The notes beneath the pieces were generated by a model. The model was not told where the DNA came from. It ran no database searches and worked only from the letters and a program-made list of their open reading frames with translations. From the NCBI GenBank assembly GCA_024679065.1, contig JAGIQG010000028.1:17360001-17424000 (forward strand): DNA of 64,000 nt, given 5' to 3'. This document shows, piece after piece, positions 54,305-64,000 of the stretch; within the stretch, counting starts at the first letter, position 1; each line of letters begins with the position of its first letter. The stretch is from Sphyrna mokarran. Lineage: Eukaryota. The translations under genes were made by a program, and so were the position numbers.

Positions 54305-54972
54305 TGTAATTGTACTTTAAGAAAGATTTTTAAAAAGTCATGCAGTTTACAGCTTCAGCAATGTCTTTGGGGAGCTAAACTGTCAGTTAGCTGAAAGGGT
54401 TTTCAGTTTTGTTTATGGCAGTTAGATGATGGGGGATTTTCCTTTGGTTTTTTTGTATCTTTTTTGGAGTTTGTGTTGAAAACAGTCTCTTACTTTCTCT
54501 GTTTTCTGTCTCTGTTTGATTCTGTCTTAAATAAACTATGTTTTGGGAACCAGATTTGACTACAATCTCTTCTGAGTTTCTTCACAAAAGATTTTCAGCA
54601 TTCACCTTAGGAGGTGGGATTCATGTAACAAGTGGGTATTGAGCTATTGCTGCACTGTGTTTGTACGGAGGATTTTGTGCATTGGATGTTTTAATCTTTG
54701 GTTAGAACACAATGGAGATATTTCCTTAAGAGTTATACATTATGGTTGTTGTGTTTCTAGTTTGTGATTGTTAGAAGTTTTTGCTTATTATCTTACTGTA
54801 TATGTCAACAATATTCTTAATTAAACTGTATTTTTGATAAACTTCCTTATGGGTCAGTTGGCTCATACCTGAAGTGAAAGCGTTAATGCTCATCCTAGCC
54901 AATTATAAAGTAAAACATGATAGGTCAGACGAGCTTCATACATCATCTTGAAGTGTCAACCTGACTTGTAAA
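54305..54972. mobile_element. AT-rich non-coding insertion of about 670 bp, probably a solo or partial LTR
   Basis: Starts TGTAAT; unique sequence sharply bounded by satellite; AATAAA near 54530 and ATTAAA near 54820 in similar context; no ORF; no clean terminal CA or target duplication found. Confidence 0.45.
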
Positions 54973-57900
54973 TTCCTGCACACTCTGACAATGACTCCTG
55001 CGCACTCGGACAACAGGTTCTTCATGTTCGAATGATGAGTCCCATGCACTCTCACGACGAGTCCCGTGCACTCCAATGATGAGTCCCGAGCACACGGACA
55101 ATGAGTCCTGCACGCTCGAATGATGAATTCTGCGCACTTGGGCGACAAGTCTCGCGCACTTGCATGACAAGTCCAGTACACTGGGACAATGAATCCAGTG
55201 TACTCAGACAACGAGTCCCATACATTCGGAGGACACATCCTATGCACATGGAGGATGCATCCAACACAACTGGACAATGAGTCCCACACACTCCAACAAT
55301 GGGCCCTCAGCACTTTGACAAAGAGTCCCTCATATTCTGAGTCCCACGCACTCCAAAGATGAGTCCCGCGCACTCGGGCAATGAGTCCCATGCACTCGGA
55401 TGATGAGTCCCGCGTATTCGACCGATGAGTTCCATGCACTCGGACGACGAATTCCGTGCATTCGAACAACGAGCCCTGTGCACTCAGGCAACAAGGTCTG
55501 TGCACTCAGTCAATGAGTCACCTGCACTCGGACAATGGGTCCTATGCACTCAGACAATGGGCCCAGTGCATTTGGACAATGAGTCCATGCACTCGAGCAA
55601 TGAGTCCCGTGCGCTTGACTAATGACTCTGACACACTTAATCAATGTCTGACTGCACACTGACAATAATTCACATGTAACAAGGACAATGACTCCTATAC
55701 ACTGATTGATTTCTGCGCAGTCTGGCAATGACTCCTACGCACTTTGACAATGACATCCATGCATCCACCAATGACTCCTGCGCACTCTGACAATGACTTC
55801 TGCGCACTCCAACAACGGGCACCCTGCACACTGACAAAGAATCCCACGCGCTCCGACAAAGAGTCCCGTGCGCAGTCCCGGGTGACGGGTTCTGCGCATC
55901 CCTACAATGAGTCCCATGCATTCTCATGGTGAGTCCCATGCATTCAAATGGTGAGTTCCACTCATACCAATGGCAAGTCCCATGCACTCCAACAATGAGT
56001 CCTGCGCATTCAGATGACTCCTGTGCACTCGGATGATGAGTCCCATGCACCCGGATGACGGATTCCACACATTCGGACGATAGGTCCCATGCACTCGGAC
56101 AATGGGTCCTGTGTACACAAACAAAAGTCTAGCGCATTTGAACAATGAGTCTCTGCATTCGAGCAATGAGCTCTGCACATTCGACTACTGACTCTGACGG
56201 ACTTAGTCAATAACTAACTGCACATTCTGACAATGATTCACAGATTACAAAGACAATGACTCACACGTTACACTGACAATGATTCTTGCGCAAACTGACA
56301 ATGACTCCCTCCCAATTTGATAATGACGCCTGCACACTCCAACAATAATCCCACATACTTGGACAAAGACAAATGCATTACACTGACACGTATTTTGATA
56401 GTGACAATTACTGATTGCACATGCTGATAATAACTCCTGTGCATTTGGACAATGCCTGCCGCGCGCTTGGACAATGACCCTAGCGTACTCGGACAATGTC
56501 TGCCACGCACTCAGACAATGTCACAACAATGACTAGTGCGCACTCTGACCATGACTTCCGTGCACTCAAACAATGACTCCCGTGCACTCGGACAATGAAT
56601 CCTGCACACTTAGACAATGACACCCGCGCACTCGGACAGTGTCTCCTGTGCTCTCAGACGATGATTCGTGCGCACTCGGACAATGACTCATGTGCACTCG
56701 GACCACGACTCCCACGCACCTGGACAATATCTCCCGCGCACTCGGACAATGACTCCAGTGCACTTGAACAATGAGTCCTGCGCACTCGGACAATGATTTG
56801 TGTGCACTTGGACAATAACTCCCATGCATTCAAACAATGACTCTCGCGCACTCAAACAATGACTCCCGTGCACTCAAACAATGACTCCCGCGTACTCGGA
56901 CAATGAATCCTGCACACTCAGACAATGACATCCGTGCACTCGGACAATGTCTCCATGTACTCAGACAATGACTAGTGTGCACTCGGACCATGACTCCTGC
57001 GCATTCGGATAATGACTCCCGTGCGCTCGGATATTGACTCCCACGCACTTGGACAATGACTCTTCTGCACTTAGACAATGACTCTTGCGCACTCAGGCAA
57101 TGACTTGTGCGCACTTGGACAATACCTCATGCACGCTTGGACAACCTCATGTGCACTTGGCCAATGAAACCTGTACATTCGGACAATGATCCTGTGCACT
57201 CAAACAATGACTTGTATACACTTGGACAATGACTCATGAGCACTCGGACAATGACTCGTGCACATTCAGACAATATCATGCACTCTGACAATGAATGTCA
57301 TGCAGCATTGACAATGGGCATAACTGACTCTCCAGCCTGACCGTCACCCCAAGGCACTCTGACAATGACTGCTTGCACGACAACAATGATTCCCGTACAC
57401 TCTGACAATGACTCCGCACACAATGACAATGACTCCTCGCACTTGGACAATGACTCCCGCGCACTCGGACAATGACTCTTGTGAGCACTCAGACAATGAC
57501 TCGTACGCACTTGGACAATGATTCATATGCACTTGGCCAATGAAACCTGTACATTCAGACAATGACTCCTGTACACTCAGACTTTGACTCCAGCGCACTT
57601 AGACAATAACTCGTATACACTTGGACAATGACTGCTGTGCACTTGGACCATGACTCCTGTGCACTCGGACAATGACTCTCGCGCACTCGGACAATGACTC
57701 CCACGTACTCTGACAGTGACTCCCGCGCACTCTGACAGTGATTCCTGTGCACTCGGACAATGACTCTGGCACACTCAGACAATAACTTGTGCGCACTCGG
57801 ACAATGAATCCCGCATGCTGTGACAGTAACTCCCGTGCACTCTGACAATGACTCCCGCGCACTCTGACAATGACTCACGCGCATTCTAACAATGACTCCC

Positions 57901-60900
57901 GTGCACTTGGATAATGACTACAGTACACTCAGACAATAACTCGTGTGCACTCGGACAATGACTGCTGCGCACACGGATCATGACTCCCGTGCACTCGGGC
58001 AAGACTCTTGCTCACTCAGACAGTGACTCCCACGCACTCTGACAGTGACTCCCGCACACTCTGACAATGACTCCTGCACACTCTGACAGTGACTCCTGCG
58101 CACTCTGACAATGACTCCTGCACACTCTGACAATGACTCCTGCGCACTCTGACAATGACTCCTGCGCACTCTGACAATGACTCCTGCACACTCTGACAAT
58201 GACTCCCGCACACTCTGACAATGGCTCCCGCGCACTCTGACAAAGACTCCCATGCACTTTGACAGTGACTCCCGCATGCTCAGACAATGACCCCCACACG
58301 ATATGACAATGATTCCTGCACACTCTGTGAGTGACTCCCGTGCACTCTGACAGTGACTCCCATGCACTTTGACAGTGACTCCCATGCACTCGGATAATGA
58401 CTCCGGCACACTTGGACAATAACTCATGTGCACTCGGACAATGACTCTGGCGCACTCTGATAGTGACTCCCGCACAGTCTGACAATGACTCCCGTGCACT
58501 CTGACAGTGACTCCTGTGCACTCAGACAATCACTCTGGCGCACTCTGACAGTGATTCCCGCACACTCTGACAATGACTCCCGCACTCTGACAGTGACTCC
58601 CGTGTGCTCTCATAGTGACTCCTGTGCACTCGGATAATGACTCTAGTGCACTCAGACAATAACTCGTGCGCTCTTGGACAATGAATTCCGCATACTCTGA
58701 CAATGATTCCCGTACACTCTGACAATGACTCCCTCACATTCTAACAATGACTGCCGCGCATTTGGACAATGACATTCGCGCACTTGGACAATGACTCCAG
58801 CACACTCAGACAATAACTCGTGTGCACTCGGATAATGACTACCACGCACTCTGACATTGACTCCCACACATTCTGACAATGACTCCTGCGCACTCTGACA
58901 TTGACTCCCCACACTCTGACAATGAATCCCACACATTCTGACAATGAATCCCGCGCACTCTGACAATTACTCCTGCACACTCTGACAGTGACTCCCACGC
59001 ACTCTGACAGTGACTCCCACGCACTGTGGCAATGACTCCCGCGCACTGTGACAAAGACTCCTGTGCACTTTGAGAGTGACTCCTACATGCTCGGGCAATG
59101 ATTCCCACACAATATGACAATGATTCCTGCGCACTCTGACAGTGACTCCTGTGCACACTGACAGTGACTCCCGCGCACTCTAACAGTGACTCCCACGCAT
59201 TCGGACAATGACTCCTGCGCACTCTGACAATTACTCCCACGTGCTCTGACAATGACTCACACGCAATCTGACAATGACACTCGTGCACTCTGACAATAAC
59301 TCCTGTACACTCTGACAATGCTGCCCATGCACTCTGATGACTCCAATGCACTCGAACAACGACTCCCGTACACAATGACAAAGATTCCCATGCACTCTGA
59401 CAATGACTCCCCCGCACTCTGACAATGCCACCCATGCACTCTGACAATGACATACACGTACTTTGACAATGACTCCCACACGCTGTGACAAAGACATGGG
59501 CGCTCTCTGACGATGATTCCTGTGCACTCTGGCAGTGACTCCAGCAGACTTTGGCACTGACACCAGCGCACTCTGACAGTGACTCCAGCGAACTCGAACA
59601 TTGCCTCCCACACACTCTGACAAAGACTCCCGTGCATTTTGATAGTGACTCCCGCATGCTCAGACAATGAGTCCCACGCACTCTGACAGTGACTCCTGCG
59701 CACTCTGAGGGGCTCCCGCAGACTATGACAAAGACTCCCGTGCATTCTGACAGTGACTCCCGCGCATTCTGACAATGACTCCTGTACACAAAGACAAAGG
59801 CTCCCACGCACTCTGACAATGCACTCAGACTATGACTCCTGTGCACTCAGACAATGACTCGTGCGTCTTCTGACAATGGCTTGTGCACACTCCGAGCATG
59901 GCCTGCATGGACTCCGACAATGCCTTGTGTGCACTCAGACAATGACTCGTGTGCACTCGGACAATAACTCGTGTGCATTCTGACAATGCCTGTGCGCACT
60001 CCGACCATGGCCAGTCTGCACTCTGACCATGACCCGTGCGCATTCCGCCAATGGCTCGTGCGCATTCCACCAATGGCTCATGCGCATTCCGAAAATGGCT
60101 CATACGCGCTTCGACAAGGGCTTGTGCGCTCTTGGACAATGACTCTCGCACACTCTGAGAACGACTCCCATGCTCTCTGACAATGACTCCTACGCACTCA
60201 GATAATGACTCCTGAACACTGCGGCCCGGACTCTCATGCACTCTGACAATAACTCCCACGCACTCTCACAATGACTCCCACGCACTTAGACAATGACTCC
60301 CGCGTACTCTACAATGACTCCCGCGTACTCTGACAATGACTCCCGCGCATTCTGACAATGACTCTCGTACACTCTGACAATGACTACCGCACACTTGGAT
60401 AATGGCTCCCGCGCACTCGGGCAATGACTCCTGTACACAATAACAAAGGGTCCTGTGCACCTGGATAATGCACTCAGACAATGACTCGTGCGCCCTCCGA
60501 CAATGGCCCGTGCGCACTCCGACAATGGCCCGTGCGCACTCCGAAAATGGCCCATGCGCATTCCAACAATGACCCGTGTGCACTCCGACAATGGCTCGTG
60601 TGCACTCCTGCAATGGTTCATGCACGCTCTGACAAAAGCCTGTGTGCACTCCGACAATGGCCTGTGTGCACTCTGCCAATGGCTCATGTGCATTCCGACA
60701 ATGGCTTGTATGCTCTCCGACAATGGCTCGTGCACACTCGGACAATGACTCTCGCACAATCTGATAATGACTTCCATGCTCTCTGACAATGACTCTTGCA
60801 CACTGCAATACTGATTCTCATGCACTCTAACAATAACTCCCACACACTCTCACAATGACTCCCATGCATCCTGACATTGACTCCTGTGTAGTCTGACAGT

Positions 60901-63900
60901 GATTTCTGCGCACTGTCATCCTGACTCCCACTCCGACGATGGCCTGTGCGAACTCCGACAATGGCTCATGCGCACTCTAGCAATGACTTGTGCGCACTCC
61001 AACAATGGCCTGTGCGCACTCCGATGATGGCTCGTGTGCACTCCGACAATGACTCGTGCATACTCTGACAGTGACTCACGCACAATCTGACAATGACTCC
61101 TGGCACTCTGAAAATGACTCCTGCGCATTATGATAATGACCCCCATGCACTTTTCTTTGACAACTTCCCAATCTAACAATGACTCTCACGAACTCTGACA
61201 CTGACTGACATGCACTCTGACACTGACTCTCACGCACTCCGACACTGAATCCCTCGCACTGTGACACTGACTCCCTCGTACTGTGACACTGACTCCCTCG
61301 TACTCTGACACTCTCGTACTCTGACACTGACTCCTGCGTACTCTGACACTGATTCCCTCCTACTCTGACACTGACTCCCTCACACTCTGACAGTGACTTC
61401 CGTGCACTCTGACACTGACCCTCTCGCACTCCTGAAAATGACTCCTGCTCATTATAACAATGACCCCCGTGCACCTTTCTTTGACAACTTCCCAATCTAA
61501 CAATGACTCCCATGCACTCTGACACTGACTCCCACGCACTTTAACCATGAATTCCACATCCTTCACCAAGTCTCATGTGCACTCAGACAATGACTCGCAC
61601 ACATTCTGAAAATGACTCATGCACAATTGAACAATGACTCATGCACTCGGACAATAACTCTCGTGCATTCAGACAATGACTCGCGCACACTCTGAAAATT
61701 GCTCGCATGAACACCAACAATGACTTGCGCGCACTCTGACAGTGACTTGAGCGCATTCTGACACTGACTCGAGCGCATTCTGACACTGACTCACCTGCAC
61801 ATTGACAGTGACTCCCACGCACTCTGACAATGACTCCCGCACACTCGGACAATGACTCCTGCGCACTCACACAATTACTCCCATGCACTTGGACACAATG
61901 ACAAAGGGTCCCACGTACCCTGACAATGCACTCAGACAATGACTCATGCACACTCAGACAGTGGCCCATGCGCACTCTGACAATGACTGTTGTGCATCAG
62001 ACAATGGCTCGAGCACACTTTGAAAATGGCCTGTGCTCGCTCTGACAATGGCCCGTGCATGGTCTGAAAATGGCCCACGTGCAGTATGATAATGGCCCGC
62101 ATGTGGTCTGACAATGACTCGTGTACACTCCGACAATTGCTTGTGCACATTCCGACTATGGCCTGTGCGCACTCCGACGATGGCCTGTGCGTACTCCGAC
62201 AATGGCTCATGTGCACTCCGATGATGACTCGTGCGTACTCTGACAGTGACTCACGCACAATCTGACAATGACTCCTGGCACTCTGAAAATGACTCCTGTG
62301 CATTATGACAATGACCCCAGTGCACTTTTCTTTGACAACTTCCTAATCTAACAATGACTCTCACGAACTCTGACACTGACTGCCGTGCACTCTGACACTG
62401 ACTCCCTCGTACTCTGACACTGACTCCCTTGCACGCTGACACTGACTCCCTCGCACTCTGACAGTGACTTCCACGAATTCTGACACTAAATCCCTCGCAC
62501 TGACACTGACTCCCGCGCATTCTGACACTGACTCCCGCGTACTGCACACTGATTCCCGCACACTCTGACACTGACTCCCTCGCACTCTGACACTGACACC
62601 CATGCACTCTGACACTGATTCCCGTGTACTCCAACACTGACTCCCTCGCACTCTGATACTGACTCTCTCGTACTCTGACACTAACTCCCTCGCACTCTGA
62701 CACTGACTCCCTTGCGCCCTGACACTGACTCCCTCGCACTCTGACAGTGACTTCCGTGCATTCTGACACTGATTCCCTCGCACTCTGACGCTGATTCCCG
62801 CGCATTCTGACACTGACTCCCACGTACTATACACTGATTCCCGCACACTCTGATACTGACTCCCTCACACTCTGACACTGACGCCCATGCACTCTGACAC
62901 TGATTCCCGTGTACTCTGACACTGACTCCCTCGCACTCTGACACTGACGCTCATGCACTCTGACACTGATTTCCGTGTACTCTGACACTGACTCCTTCGC
63001 ACTCTGACACTGACTCCTGCGCATTCTGACATTGACTCCCATATACCGTACACTGACTCCTGCGCATTCTGACACTGACTGCCGTGCACTCTGACACTGA
63101 CTCCCTCGCACTCTGACACTGACTTGCACGCACATTGCCAATGACTCCCGCGCATTTGGACAATGACTCCCGCGTACTGGACAATGATTCCTGCACACTC
63201 AGACAATGACTCCCACACACTCTGCTCACGACTTCCGTGCACTTCAACAATGTCTCATGCGCATTCAGACAATGACTCACATGCACTCGGAAAATGACTC
63301 ATGTGCAACTGAACAATGACACATGCATACTCGGACAATAACTCCCGCACACTCTGATCACAACTTCCCTGCACTTCAACAATTTCTCACGTGCACTAGA
63401 CAATGACTCACACTCCCTCAAACTATGACTCACGCGCACATGGACAATGATACTCATGCACTCGGACAATGACTCGTGCACGCTATTAAAATTGCTCGCA
63501 TGCATACCAAAAGTGACTCATGCATGCTCCAACAGTGACTTGAGAACACTCCAACAATGGCGAGCGTATCATTGACTCCGGTGCACCTTGACAACAACTC
63601 CCGCACACTCTGACAATGACTCTTGCGCATTCGGACAATGACTCATACGCACTCGGACAATGACATGCATGCACTTGGACAATGGCTCGCACACATCGAC
63701 AATGACTCATGCGCACTCTGGCAGTTACTGCCGTGTACTCTGGCAGTGACTCCAGCGCATTCCGGCAGTGACTCCAACGCATTCAGACGATGACTTCTGC
63801 GCAATCTGACAATGATTCCCGTGCACTCTGATAATGACGCCCGCACATTCTGATAATGACTCCTGCACACAATGACAATGACTCTCACGCACTCTGACAA

Positions 63901-64000
63901 TGACTCCCGCACACTCTGACAATGATTCCCACATACTCGGACAATGACTTCTGCACACTTGGACAATGACTCGTACGCACTCGGACAATGACACTCGTGC
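54973..64000. repeat. 22-bp satellite of the AAT family with subdomains: cggacaatgaGtcc (55.0-56.2 kb), cggacaatgactc (56.5-57.7 kb), AGT-slot (57.7-59.8 kb), ccgacaatggc (59.9-61.1 kb), ACT-slot (61.2-61.4 and 62.4-63.1 kb)
   Basis: Continuous 22-nt periodic units; array extends beyond the window end. Confidence 0.96.

Noticed and set aside
54301-54946. atca/tcat as target-site duplication around a TG...CA solo LTR ending at 54942
   Set aside because: Flanks do not match in register and unique sequence continues to about 54972
174-63994. Hundreds of Cys/Val/Ser/Arg-rich minus-strand ORFs as genes (keratin-associated, metallothionein, mucin or zinc-finger-like)
   Set aside because: They overlap in all three frames with the same peptide motifs, derive from a 22-nt (non-triplet) repeat, and show scattered stops and indels with no C2H2 spacing or linker
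43800-64000. TGACTCA (AP-1) and TGACA (TALE homeodomain) motifs as an enhancer cluster
   Set aside because: Inevitable by-products of the monomer sequence; no independent evidence, and CpG decay suggests methylated chromatin

Overview
Eukaryotic, most likely cartilaginous-fish (shark/ray) genomic DNA; the taxon is inferred from CR1-clade LINE 3' ends resembling the elasmobranch HER1 LINE/HE1 SINE tails. No host gene is visible. About 80% of the window is one huge, strand-asymmetric, degenerate 22-bp tandem repeat (scaffold GCACTCTGAC-NNN-GACTCCCGC) that runs off both ends. It is divided into kb-scale variant domains and patchwork higher-order duplications. The hundreds of Cys/Val/Ser/Arg-rich minus-strand ORFs are read-through of this stop-free strand, not genes. 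Embedded in the array are six CR1-type LINE fragments, a decayed full-length Ty3/Gypsy element (36429-43655, minus strand) and a probable solo LTR (about 54305-54972). The most interesting signal is that the satellite copies itself into neighbouring sequence. A 60-bp inverted, microhomology-bounded copy of 21268-21327 sits inside a LINE. A 510-bp satellite tract splits a LINE that itself splits Gypsy gag. A 289-bp near-perfect inverted duplication and another inverted patch also occur. All identities were estimated by eye.
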